In this document: in pieces, positions 1-12,010 of the stretch | Layout: every line of letters begins with the position of its first letter | How positions within the stretch are numbered: position 1 is the stretch's first letter | Source: an uncultured virus (IMG/VR IMGVR_UViG_3300030098_005070) | Taxonomy: Duplodnaviria > Heunggongvirae > Uroviricota > Caudoviricetes | DNA: 36,111 bases | Strand: one strand, 5' to 3' | IMG/VR virus record: IMGVR_UViG_3300030098_005070 | The notes under the pieces: model-generated | What the model was told of the DNA's origin: nothing | The model's database searches: none | What the model saw: only the letters and a program-made list of their open reading frames with translations | Made by a program: the position numbers and the translations under genes

Positions 1-3000
1 CCCATTCTTTCAAATTCAGGAGTGTCTCTTTTGCCTCTTTTTACTGCCTCTTTCATTCTATCTTCTATTGTAGTGTACTTGCTAAATTGACCATGATTAT
101 CATAAATTTCAGAATCATAATCTTCTTCAATCCCTGACGCTTCATGGGCTATATTCTTTACAGATTGAATAAATCTCTCTTCACCATCAGGAATTGTTGA
201 AAGTGTTTTATTCAAATGTTCTCTATGCTCAGAATCATTTGGGAAACCTAAATCTTCAATAAAATCATCAATAGAAGTTTTGTTAGTTACTATAAACCCA
301 TCTCGCATTTTTTGTGATAAACCTCTTACATTTTCATGAACAGGTAAAGATGTTTTTTCTATTCCAAAATCTCTAGTAGTTGGTGATAGTCCCTCAACAC
401 CCTCATAATATTCACTGGGTAGATGGTGTAAGGCTAAATTAGCATCAGCAAATAAAGCGGCCATATTTTGTTTGAATTTAGGATTATCTACACTCAAAAA
501 ATCAGGTGGTAAAAATTCAGCAAGATGTTTTACCATATTGATGATAGTTAATGTATCATAATCTAATTTATCGTTGAACGGTCCTGACCTTATTTCTCTA
601 CTCGTTTCAACTTTGTTTTCTAATTTAGCCTTATGGTCGCCATTTATTCTTGACATTATGTTCGCTTCGTGTAAAGCATTTCTACCTGAAATACTATCTC
701 GGTATATTTGATTATCAAACGTTTTAGTATAAATCTCTTCAGCCCTTCTAGTTTCACCAGTATCATAATCGGTAACTAACATATCGGGGTCTAAAATTTC
801 AGGTAAACCCATTGATATTTGCCCACCATAAGGCTGTCTGCTATCTTTATGTTTGCTATTCAGCCAATCGCTCACCATATGAGCAGTAGTACTTTTTCCA
901 AATTTTTCAAGCGACTCTTGAGGTGTAAGTCCACTTAAAGCATCAATAAAATTAGGATGGGTTGATTCTGTTAAATTTGTATTTTGAAGTCTTTTAGACC
1001 TACTTAACTGTCTTTTAGGATGTTGAAGTGAGTGTAATGAAAGGGTAGAAGATTCAGGATGTGGGTGAATTAAGAATCCAAATAACCCTTCCAATCCGTC
1101 TTTTACTGAAAATCTAGTTCCATCTATATTAGCAAATAAACCCTCTTCTGTCCCATAAGATGGGTCACTCACCATAGTTGGACCAAGTAAAGCCTCAGCG
1201 AAAATATGCCTATCTATCCCAGCAGCCGGTCCTAAAAATGCAGTAGCAAAATCATTAGCAGGGTAAACTCCACCTAATTCTCTAACAGCATCTTGTATTT
1301 CAGGTGGTAAAGCGAGTAATTCCTTGTGAGGTTTATTACTACTAAAGAAACTAAAACCATCTTCTATTGAGCCTCTTTGAGCACCTATTTTTTGAAAATC
1401 TCCAATATTATCAAGAATTTCATTCATGTGTCTTGAATCTATCAGTGGTCCACTATGGTTTGGATAATGATGCTCACCGGCCTCAATTTCTTTTCCATTT
1501 TTATCAAACCCTAATGAATACAAAAGAGACTCTTTGCTATGTTCTTTTTTCTCAACCTCTTTTTCTTTTAATGTTGAAAACAAAGAGTCACCAAATCCTT
1601 CACCTAAATCTCTTTTTAATTTAGCAAAATCACTCTTTGTGAGTTTAGGGATATGACTTAAACTGCCTGTAAATTCTTCATCTAACCCTAAAGCGTCATG
1701 AATATTTTCTATGGCCCTTTCGACTAGAGGTGTGGTTTCTTCCCCTTCTTGAAAAAATATTTTTCCTTCATTATCAATATGTGCAGAATGTAAAGCCGCT
1801 AATAAAGAGGAGGATTCTTCATAAATTTCGGGTTGTAAGGAATGAAATAAATTAGGTTTTACGTTATTTGGTCCTGAATGAATAGTCGAATTTTCAACAT
1901 GACCTAACATATTCGTTGCTCTCATACGCATATTTCGCTTTAATCTACCCATAGGTAACTCAAAATTATCATCAAATTTTACAAATTGGTCTTTAGAATC
2001 TGACGTTTTATCAATAAGATGTTCAAACACTTTAGTTCGCTCTTCAGGACTTAACCATTCCAAACCCATATGCCATGCTAAATCAGACAAATAAGATGGA
2101 TGAGCCAAATCTTTAGGTGTTCCACTAGCAATTCCATAATAGTCTGCTAATAATGGGTCAACCCCACCTTCAAATTCAGGTGTTACTTCTTCAGTTTGCC
2201 ATTCCTGCATTCTATCAGCAAAATGACGTTTTCTTAAATCAAAATCGCTAGATAAACCATCGTCATTTTCCTCTTTCCATCTCTCAAAATCTCTTTGATA
2301 CATATCTTCTTCATGGGAAAGTGTATTTGGTGATTTTCCTGTATGTAATGAACCTAAAAATGGAGTTTTGCCGCTACTAAGTTTATTTGTACTGGTTCGT
2401 GTATGTGGTGTATTTTTATCGAGCCAAGACTCTACAGCAATTTCAAAACTTTTTACTTTAGATGCACGATTAGGCTTTCCTTCTACTGGTGGTAAAAACC
2501 TCTTTGCAAGAATATGATATTTCCAAGGTAAACCACTAGATGGTTCAATTTTATTCAAAGGATTGTGCTTTCTATCTAAGGGGTGTGAATCCCCAAAATG
2601 CCTTGACAAATCTGCTTGAACTTGAAATGGGTAACCGTGAGAACGAGCGAGTCTATGCTTTATGTGCTCTTCCCTATCATCTAATGGTAAATCCTTCTCA
2701 ACGTGAGAAACTATTCTTTTATGCCAGTGACTTGAAGGTGAACCTGCTCTTCTTGAAGCGTGACCTTGGTGACGAGCAGACCTAAGTTCTCTTTTCTGCT
2801 GTCTAGTTAACTTAGTCTTAGTAAAACCACTCTCGTTTTTAATTATGCTGTCGGCTAAAAAATCGCAAACATCTTCTTTCCAAGTCTTTTCTAATTCAAA
2901 CTCATGCAAATCTAAATTAGCCTTGGCAAAAGTATATTCTACTAAAGAAGATTCTATGTCAGTGAAGTCATTAATGGAAACAAGAAGATTATCTCTTGCC

Positions 3001-3032
3001 CTCACAAATGTGTCGGCAGCATCTTCACGCAC
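1..3032 (-). CDS. Large hypothetical protein (>1000 aa, 3' end beyond the window), probably virion-associated
   Basis: Absent from the ORF track because no stop lies in the window. Hand translation from GTG at 3032 gives MREDAADTFVRARDNLLVSINDF...; the same frame was open wherever spot-checked (1-60, 1320-1500, 2520-3032). Lies downstream of the portal cluster. Confidence 0.8.
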   Translation of the reverse strand, partial: MREDAADTFVRARDNLLVSINDFTDIESSLVEYTFAKANLDLHEFELEKTWKEDVCDFLADSIIKNESGFTKTKLTRQQKRELRSARHQGHASRRAGSPSSHWHKRIVSHVEKDLPLDDREEHIKHRLARSHGYPFQVQADLSRHFGDSHPLDRKHNPLNKIEPSSGLPWKYHILAKRFLPPVEGKPNRASKVKSFEIAVESWLDKNTPHTRTSTNKLSSGKTPFLGSLHTGKSPNTLSHEEDMYQRDFERWKEENDDGLSSDFDLRKRHFADRMQEWQTEEVTPEFEGGVDPLLADYYGIASGTPKDLAHPSYLSDLAWHMGLEWLSPEERTKVFEHLIDKTSDSKDQFVKFDDNFELPMGRLKRNMRMRATNMLGHVENSTIHSGPNNVKPNLFHSLQPEIYEESSSLLAALHSAHIDNEGKIFFQEGEETTPLVERAIENIHDALGLDEEFTGSLSHIPKLTKSDFAKLKRDLGEGFGDSLFSTLKEKEVEKKEHSKESLLYSLGFDKNGKEIEAGEHHYPNHSGPLIDSRHMNEILDNIGDFQKIGAQRGSIEDGFSFFSSNKPHKELLALPPEIQDAVRELGGVYPANDFATAFLGPAAGIDRHIFAEALLGPTMVSDPSYGTEEGLFANIDGTRFSVKDGLEGLFGFLIHPHPESSTLSLHSLQHPKRQLSRSKRLQNTNLTESTHPNFIDALSGLTPQESLEKFGKSTTAHMVSDWLNSKHKDSRQPYGGQISMGLPEILDPDMLVTDYDTGETRRAEEIYTKTFDNQIYRDSISGRNALHEANIMSRINGDHKAKLENKVETSREIRSGPFNDKLDYDTLTIINMVKHLAEFLPPDFLSVDNPKFKQNMAALFADANLALHHLPSEYYEGVEGLSPTTRDFGIEKTSLPVHENVRGLSQKMRDGFIVTNKTSIDDFIEDLGFPNDSEHREHLNKTLSTIPDGEERFIQSVKNIAHEASGIEEDYDSEIYDNHGQFSKYTTIEDRMKEAVKRGKRDTPEFERM

Positions 3033-3046
3033 ACACTACCCACCCT

Positions 3047-3475
3047 TCATTCAGTTGTTGGTGTTTTCCCACCAGTGTCTATCTCGTGACTCTCTACTGG
3101 TCTGTCGTGAGTATTTACACGAGCAGACAAAGCATCCATATTATAGGATTGAGATGTTGCTCCCTTGTTTGCTACATCTTCTACATCCAAAGTGTAATTG
3201 TTAGTAGTGTAATAGGCGTTTCTTGTTTGACCGCCGGATTCTGCAACAAAAGTTACATTTTGAGGTTCTGTGTTAAAAGAAGTAGAAAAATCAGGTTGAG
3301 CCTTAGCCATAGTACCGCAACCAGCCTTTACACAAGCCGCTTTATTGGCGGTTTCACCACATTCAGGACAAACTTTAGCCTTCTCTAAGGTATCTGCTCT
3401 TTCTAATAATTGCTGTGCTTTTTGAAACATAGCAACTGCTTCGTCACTTACATCAGTATATCTCGGTCTCACCAT
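3047..3475 (-). CDS. Hypothetical head-associated protein with CPEC motif
   Basis: 142-aa ORF tightly packed downstream of the portal; CPEC...C..C; several hydrophobic-x-K-A motifs. Confidence 0.7.
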   Translation of the reverse strand: MVRPRYTDVSDEAVAMFQKAQQLLERADTLEKAKVCPECGETANKAACVKAGCGTMAKAQPDFSTSFNTEPQNVTFVAESGGQTRNAYYTTNNYTLDVEDVANKGATSQSYNMDALSARVNTHDRPVESHEIDTGGKTPTTE

Positions 3476-3476
3476 A

Positions 3477-3815
3477 TCAGTACAACTCCAGCGGCGGTTT
3501 TACATTTTCGGCCATTTCGTGAATGTCTTCCCAACTCATTTCATGAATTTCTTCGTTGGTAAAATTGTTTAAATCTGAATTATCACTTTTTATTATAGCC
3601 TCATCATTTCGGAATGGGTCTGCTTCAACATCTTCCGAAAATGGGGTATCAACCCTAACAAAGCCTGATTTTCTTAGGATTGCAGTAGGGTTGTTGAGCA
3701 TTTTTTTAAGTTCTTGGTTTTGCCTTTGCACAGCCTTAATATCGTTATCCATAGTTTCCATTTTAGAAATTAGAGCGTTCATAAGTTGCTCCTCTGTGCT
3801 AGGTTCTTCACTCAT
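3477..3815 (-). CDS. Hypothetical acidic coiled-coil protein (scaffold-like)
   Basis: 112 aa; heptad-like N-terminal half; GGTGA RBS upstream. Confidence 0.7.
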   Translation of the reverse strand: MSEEPSTEEQLMNALISKMETMDNDIKAVQRQNQELKKMLNNPTAILRKSGFVRVDTPFSEDVEADPFRNDEAIIKSDNSDLNNFTNEEIHEMSWEDIHEMAENVKPPLELY

Positions 3816-3824
3816 TCACTTCAC

Positions 3825-4187
3825 CTACTGTGGCCTAAATCCGCCATATGTTCCTGTATGTGGGCGCATTTGGTGGTTAGTACGAGCAGGGATGACTGTA
3901 CCGGGTAAAACTCGGTCTCTTTGTGCTGTGTCGAAATTTGCACCTCTTTCATTGAATTTCATTACTGGGACTCCACTAGCAAATTCATTCAGTGGGTTTT
4001 CGTTCTCAGCCTTTTCAATTGTGAAATGCAAGTCATCGTTCAAGAAAGTTCCAACTTTTAGAACCTCTTGGAGATGTGATTTTGCTAGTTCAGCGTCACC
4101 ATCATCTATTGCTCTAGAGAGCGCTTTTACGTGTACATCCATCTTTCTTGCAAACGAGTCCATCTTGGCTAGGTCCATGATACTCAA
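3825..4187 (-). CDS. Hypothetical protein
   Basis: 120-aa ORF directly after the portal gene, same strand. Confidence 0.7.
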   Translation of the reverse strand: MSIMDLAKMDSFARKMDVHVKALSRAIDDGDAELAKSHLQEVLKVGTFLNDDLHFTIEKAENENPLNEFASGVPVMKFNERGANFDTAQRDRVLPGTVIPARTNHQMRPHTGTYGGFRPQ

Positions 4188-4217
4188 CCCACCGACTACA
4201 TACTCACTTAATTACAC

Positions 4218-5945
4218 TTATGCTCCACGAGGCCTTCTAGAGTCTATCAAAGCGTTAGAAACGTTCTGTGCTAAAGTTGGGTCGCCACCTCTTTGTTGGA
4301 CACTTGAGACTGGTGAACCCGAACCTGCGGTTGCTCTTCTTTCAGGAGAGGCTGGCCCTCTAGGAGTTCTTAGACCGACCCCTTCGCCACCGGGCTGTGA
4401 ACCGGGCATCACTCGTTGCATTACTTGCGGAGGGACTCCTTGCGGAGGGACTCCTTGTGACATTCCTCCTTGTGGCGGCATACCTGTCATAGGTGGCGCT
4501 CCACCAACAGGTTGTGGTTGCATTTCAGCACCTTCTTGTTTTCGATAAACGAATCTAATATCACGCTTTCCTTCTTCTAATAATTCAGGCTGATAACCTA
4601 ACATCATCATTCTTTGTGCCAAGTTAGCCTCCATCTCATCACGGCGTAGTCTAGTAATTTCGTCTTCTTCTTCGTTTGGATACAATGTTAGTTTCCAATC
4701 GTAAACATTCATTTCCTTTAGCATACGAGGGAATAGAACCTCAGTGTACACTTTCTGTCCAAATTCAACTGCTCTATTGGTAACTAAGATTTGCATACCT
4801 TCGTTGTTCAGCCCACCTGATTTACCATTATCAATCATAAATATAGCACTCACACCATAATAAGCGGCTATTCTGTTACGAATTTCATCTCTTACGGCGA
4901 TATACTGCATCTCTTCAAGAGTATCCATGAACTTAACCCAGTTCACACCGCCACGGCCTGAAGAAGATTCAATACCGACTTTAGGAACATAGTGTGGGTC
5001 TCTTTCCATCTTTTCATCAACAGACTTCCAAAAAGACTTCATTGATTCAAGATTATCTGTGGTAACCGAAATAATACCTTTTGGAATTCTTCGTTTTTGA
5101 TAAGCAGTGTACATATAATTGTCCATTGCGGTAAGAGTCATTGCTTGTCTCCACATTGTATTTACTGGACTCTTTCCGTAAAGTTTGGAAGGATTGTACT
5201 TACTTATGTGGATAACTTCTCCCTTGATGTAATATTGAGTTTTTCCACTCCCAGCCATATTGACGTAGTGAGCGTCTTCCATTTCTGAGCCGCAGACTTG
5301 ACACTTATCTTCTTGACCGGGATAAGAAACTTCACTTCTGTGAAGTGGACACACCTTGTACCTTCCACCACGAACACCTCTCTTATCTGCTACAATTCGC
5401 ATAAATATGGGGTCACCACGCATGATATCTTTCACACGATAAAACTCTATTTCACCACTATCAGGATTGACGTAGTACTCTTTTATGAGAATTAAGAATG
5501 CATCATCTACAATGTTAAGGTCGTTTTCAATTTCTTGAAGGACATTCATAAATGACTGTTCCATACTGTTTTCTTGCTTTAACAACCACTTGGGGTAGAT
5601 AATTTCCTGAGCATCCGGTCCTCTAACTTCCCCCTCACACAATTTACAAAAATCTACAGAATGTTGGTATTCTTCACCACAATCAACACATTTCTTTTCA
5701 AATGACTTTTCCCAGTAATATCCCCTTCGGAACACTTCTTGGCTTAATTTAGATAAAACTGTCCTCAAAATTAAATTTTCACGAGATACAGCATATAGCG
5801 CTGGTAGCGTAATCCCTTGAGCGAGAACAGGCTCTTGAATACCAGTTGTGTAAAGAGGCATCTGTGGTTGTGGAGTAGTCCTCCTTCGGAAAGGGGCAGA
5901 AAGGGCTGAAAGAAATCTACTCACTCTACTATCATCATCTGCCAT
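4218..5945 (-). CDS. Probable portal protein with Zn-ribbon-like insertions
   Basis: About 575 aa, downstream of the terminase. Portal-like segments (IENDLNIVDDAFLILIK; IHISKYNPSKLYGKSP; IRNRIAAYYGVS) and a P/Q/G-rich C-tail. Start placed at ATG 5945, overlapping the upstream TGA. Confidence 0.8.
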   Translation of the reverse strand: MADDDSRVSRFLSALSAPFRRRTTPQPQMPLYTTGIQEPVLAQGITLPALYAVSRENLILRTVLSKLSQEVFRRGYYWEKSFEKKCVDCGEEYQHSVDFCKLCEGEVRGPDAQEIIYPKWLLKQENSMEQSFMNVLQEIENDLNIVDDAFLILIKEYYVNPDSGEIEFYRVKDIMRGDPIFMRIVADKRGVRGGRYKVCPLHRSEVSYPGQEDKCQVCGSEMEDAHYVNMAGSGKTQYYIKGEVIHISKYNPSKLYGKSPVNTMWRQAMTLTAMDNYMYTAYQKRRIPKGIISVTTDNLESMKSFWKSVDEKMERDPHYVPKVGIESSSGRGGVNWVKFMDTLEEMQYIAVRDEIRNRIAAYYGVSAIFMIDNGKSGGLNNEGMQILVTNRAVEFGQKVYTEVLFPRMLKEMNVYDWKLTLYPNEEEDEITRLRRDEMEANLAQRMMMLGYQPELLEEGKRDIRFVYRKQEGAEMQPQPVGGAPPMTGMPPQGGMSQGVPPQGVPPQVMQRVMPGSQPGGEGVGLRTPRGPASPERRATAGSGSPVSSVQQRGGDPTLAQNVSNALIDSRRPRGA

Positions 5946-7168
5946 CACAATCCCTCCGACCACTTAGCGATATCATCTGAACTACAATCCCATTCTTGCA
6001 ACAAGGAGTCGGCTTTCAAAGCATCATCTTTCCAGTTGTTATACCTCACGACCCGCTGCAATTCTGTCTTACGAAGAGGGTCGCCTTCATGGATATATTG
6101 CAAAACCGCCTTTGCTTGAACGTCTTTCATTTTTAGATGTGGAAGTATAGATTTTAGTAATTTCTCAATATCACTTTTAGAGTAAAATTGTAATCTATGT
6201 TGGGTTCTATTACTATTTTTAGATATTTTTTGGTCTAATTGTAAAACCCCACAATCTAGAGTTTTGTGTAATTGCTCACAATGCGACCTACCTCTTTGCC
6301 CAGTCGCAACGAAACCGGCTCTTGGTTCACCACGACCTGTAATTGTAATGTAGCCGTCAGCATCTAAGAAACCCGCTGCATAAGCAAACGGGTCTTTCAG
6401 AATAAGGCCATTTTTATCCATCTTTACAAAAGTGCCCTTTTTTGCACCCTGAGTTACATCAACTTCTTCCCCATACATTTGAAGCAATTTTGATAATTTA
6501 GAAGCAGTCATACTTTTATGGAGAATGTTATCATCTGTAAGAGACTCAAATATAGCACGAGAACCCATTGGTCCATTCTTTTGAAGAACTTCTGCGGATT
6601 TTTCTATAGTTTCACGGTCTTTTTGATTTAATTTATCTATTTGATGAAGAGATGTTTTCCACATTTTTCGGGCATCAGTACGCATTTTCATAGCACTAGC
6701 CCATGCATTTTGCTCTTCTTCTCCCCAAACATCTTCAAATTCATCTAAAGTTTTGAGAGTTTCATCTGCTTTTTCCCAAAGCAAACAAGCCTTGACGAGT
6801 CCGACTTCTCTAGAATCTGAAAATCTTCTTAGACTTTTCAAATCTCTATCGCTTAATCCTAAATTACGAAGTGTTTGCTGTCGCTCTTCTGCCCACGGAA
6901 TTTGATTCAATGTAGCCTCTACTTCTAACCTTTTAAGTAATCTAATATCAGAAATTACATCGTCAATATCGTATTTTGCATCTTTGTGAATTCTTCGCAT
7001 TTTGCGTAGTTTATCCACAAAATCAGCAGCACTACACCCTAAATGTGTCTCAAACCAGCCCTCTCCGGTATTAGAAAAGAATGATTGTTTTATTACCACT
7101 GGTGTTTCTTTTTCGGGTTGAGATTTCTCAATAGGATAAGAGTCTTCAAGAAATGCGCTACCCCACAT
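5945..7168 (-). CDS. Protein with C-terminal LAGLIDADG endonuclease-like domain
   Basis: YAAGFLDADGYI motif near residue 265 and a LAGLIDADG-like tail (LLKSILPHLKMK); about 250-aa helical N-terminal region of unknown function. Confidence 0.8.
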   Translation of the reverse strand: MWGSAFLEDSYPIEKSQPEKETPVVIKQSFFSNTGEGWFETHLGCSAADFVDKLRKMRRIHKDAKYDIDDVISDIRLLKRLEVEATLNQIPWAEERQQTLRNLGLSDRDLKSLRRFSDSREVGLVKACLLWEKADETLKTLDEFEDVWGEEEQNAWASAMKMRTDARKMWKTSLHQIDKLNQKDRETIEKSAEVLQKNGPMGSRAIFESLTDDNILHKSMTASKLSKLLQMYGEEVDVTQGAKKGTFVKMDKNGLILKDPFAYAAGFLDADGYITITGRGEPRAGFVATGQRGRSHCEQLHKTLDCGVLQLDQKISKNSNRTQHRLQFYSKSDIEKLLKSILPHLKMKDVQAKAVLQYIHEGDPLRKTELQRVVRYNNWKDDALKADSLLQEWDCSSDDIAKWSEGL

Positions 7169-7254
7169 AGTAATTGACCCCTTAAATGACCTTTATCTAT
7201 GTTCCTGTACCCACAACGTTGTATTCATATTTTCTTCTTCAATAATAGTCAAAT

Positions 7255-7560
7255 TCAACAGTTCCACCTCTTCAATGCTGCACCTTTCGGTGTTAATTTA
7301 CCCTTTTTACTTGTCGGCCCTTTAACACCAGTCATACGTGCACAGAACGACTTTCGCCTTTTTGAAGCCTTGCTACCACGTTTGAGTTTACTCGGTTTCT
7401 TAGTTACAGGTCTTTTGAGATTAGCACCTGTCGTTCTTTTGAAATGTGCTCGCCCTTTAGCACTCAAACCACCAGTCTTTGCGTGTTTCTTAGGATTATA
7501 TCCATGAAACGGCTTCTTTTTAGATTTCAAAAATTCCCAACTTTCCTCAAATGCATTCAT
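7255..7560 (-). CDS. Small very basic phage protein (DUF6321-like) with AWxxLK-type leader
   Basis: GGLSAKGR...NLKRPV...RRKSFCARM...ALKRWNC pattern recalled from a phage family; N-terminus MNAFEESWEFLK. Confidence 0.7.
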   Translation of the reverse strand: MNAFEESWEFLKSKKKPFHGYNPKKHAKTGGLSAKGRAHFKRTTGANLKRPVTKKPSKLKRGSKASKRRKSFCARMTGVKGPTSKKGKLTPKGAALKRWNC

Positions 7561-7568
7561 TTAATCAC

Positions 7569-9044
7569 CTACGGTATCATCCAACTTGAATTTGCTTTTG
7601 TAGCCCCACCATACCAATCGTCAATGCCCGGTAAAACGTCGTCAAGAAGTACAACTGACCCTTTGAATTCTTTAGTAGCCCAATTTGCTAAAGCGATACT
7701 CATTGCCAAGTCATCATGAGTACCGACACTTTCTAGACGACCATTTTTCTGCATACCAAATCGGTTTAATTCTTGTTCTAATTTATGAGTATATTCTCGA
7801 CTCTTCTCATCACCATATGGTGTTTTGATGTGGCCTTGCTCAAAGGCTAGTAACAAAGACATGAATAGAGATTCTTTCTTTGTACGAGTTGTCATGAACA
7901 CCTTAATCGGCATATCAGCAGCCATTTCCCTCATTTCTGCTTCAAGCATACGTTGGAAATTGTTACCTTCTAATTCTATTAAATCAGGTTGAAATCTATT
8001 ATTCAAAACAACCATCATTCTTTTTTGCGCCATAGAAGACATTCCCCTTTCATGTACCACATGGACAATTTGTTTTACATCTTCATCAGGTAACATACGC
8101 ATAACAGTCATGGCAGTAAAGTCAGCGTTCTTATCAGAAGAAATTGCAGGGTCATGACCTATGAAATGCTGACCCCATACCCCATCAGGCTCTCCTTCTT
8201 CATTATAATTTGATTCTGCTCTTTCCATAAGAGTCAAATTTTCATCTCTAGCCATTTCTAAAATGTCCATTGGGAACATACTCGCTACATCATGAATCGG
8301 TTCACACAGATACTCACGGCTAAACTGAATCGCTGGCATGGATAGTCTTCGTTCTTCTAACGCTTCAAGATTCCATCTAGAAGGCCAAAGCGCCTCTCCT
8401 TTGGTATTTATTGCGGGATAAGTCTCAACAGTAAAAGTCTCTTTCTTTTCTAATTCAGCGTATAAGTCGTTGTATGAGAAAGGTGTACCTACCATCATCA
8501 AGCGACTAGAATGGTGGAGAACAGGTAGTAAAACACCGTAAAACCAATCTGCTGCTCTTTGCAACTCAGTTCCAGTAGTACCCCAAAGAATATCATCACA
8601 AACTACAACATCAGGGTGGAAACCACGAGTAGCACCACCAACGGACTTAGCCATAATACGAGAGCCATTTGAAAACTCAAAGTAAGATTTAGCCCACGGT
8701 TTTCCTTGTGGTTTTAATGAACGAAGGCAATCAGCCCCTTCAATATTGTTTCTAATAAAACGCATATGTTCAAGAGTTTGTTCCAAAGAATGTGAAAAAA
8801 TCATTATATGTGTGCCGGGATTAAAAGCCGCTAACCAAAGAGCATAAGACATGAAAAATACAGATTTACCGTGGTCACGAGACGCTTTAACGCAATAATA
8901 TCGGTTAGAATCTAACCCTTTACCCCATTTTTCGTGATGCCAACTTAACTCAAAACCTAAGATTTCTGTAAAAAAATAATCGAATGACTTCTTGCTCATT
9001 TCCCTATCCATCTGCTGGATAAAGTCTTGCATATCTTCAGCCAT
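7569..9044 (-). CDS. terL: Terminase large subunit
   Basis: Walker A (ASRDHGKS), Walker B (RGFHPDVVVCDD), motif VGTP, RNase H-like nuclease residues (GHDPA, D-F-T, HDDLAMS). Confidence 0.95.
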   Translation of the reverse strand: MAEDMQDFIQQMDREMSKKSFDYFFTEILGFELSWHHEKWGKGLDSNRYYCVKASRDHGKSVFFMSYALWLAAFNPGTHIMIFSHSLEQTLEHMRFIRNNIEGADCLRSLKPQGKPWAKSYFEFSNGSRIMAKSVGGATRGFHPDVVVCDDILWGTTGTELQRAADWFYGVLLPVLHHSSRLMMVGTPFSYNDLYAELEKKETFTVETYPAINTKGEALWPSRWNLEALEERRLSMPAIQFSREYLCEPIHDVASMFPMDILEMARDENLTLMERAESNYNEEGEPDGVWGQHFIGHDPAISSDKNADFTAMTVMRMLPDEDVKQIVHVVHERGMSSMAQKRMMVVLNNRFQPDLIELEGNNFQRMLEAEMREMAADMPIKVFMTTRTKKESLFMSLLLAFEQGHIKTPYGDEKSREYTHKLEQELNRFGMQKNGRLESVGTHDDLAMSIALANWATKEFKGSVVLLDDVLPGIDDWYGGATKANSSWMIP

Positions 9045-9048
9045 TCAA

Positions 9049-9802
9049 TTAACCCCCCATAATTGTCGAGCCACTAGCACCACCAGTTAAATCGGGTTGA
9101 TTTTCCTGTGCTTTATCTCTTTTATCTTGGAAATTAGACTTGTCATACTCATCCAAAAGTGTTCGCATTTGTTGTGGCGTTACTGTTGGTTCTGCTAAAT
9201 TGGCTGTAGGTCTTTGAGATAAAACACCCACTTCTTTACCAGTCATAGTAGGTGTTGCTTCAACTGTCGGTTGGTTCAAGGATGGTAACCCACCTGTAAT
9301 TTCAGGTGAAAAGGTAGTTTGCCCTTCTTGGGTAGCATAGCGTCTTGTTTCAGCAGGTGTTTGAGGTCTAAGTATTTCTTCTACTGGCGGTTTTACTGCT
9401 ACTCTTCCAAATCCATCTTCTTGCTCTTGCGCCTCTCTTGCTGCTTCAATGTTAGATAATGCCCTTCTAGTTAATACAGGTTCAACCGAAGCACCCGCCA
9501 TCTGTGCACTTTGTACGCCTTGCATAATAGACTCAATAGGTCTAGGTCTACCTCGTAAATATCCTTGACCTAAATATCCCAAACCTCTTCCTGCACCGTA
9601 AAGATTAGCGAGCATTCTTGCTCTTTTTTGAGCAGTACTAAATTTTTCTCTTTCAGGTTCTGTAAGATTTAATTTATCAGCACGTTGCCTAACCTGTGCT
9701 CCAGTAAGATAGCCAATTCCTGTGCTAAACAAATCACTTAGCCCGGAATTAGCAGCAGCCCCCACACCAACGGGAGAGGCTTCATTCTTCAAAACGAGAA
9801 CT

Positions 9803-9810
<8 letters not shown>
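9049..9810 (-). CDS. Ala/Gly/Gln-rich hypothetical virion protein starting MSKVLVLK
   Basis: ATG 9810 has a GGTGA RBS; low-complexity composition. Confidence 0.7.

Positions 9811-12006
<2,196 letters not shown>

Positions 12007-12010
<4 letters not shown>

Noticed and set aside
3556..4548. 330-aa plus-strand ORF and other antisense ORFs in 1-25500
   Set aside because: Antisense shadows of well-supported minus-strand genes, with S/L/F-rich composition and no RBS. Only 20514-20873 was kept.
5945..7168. Intein or intron in terL or portal
   Set aside because: Both flanking genes look complete, and no intein splice-junction motifs were seen.
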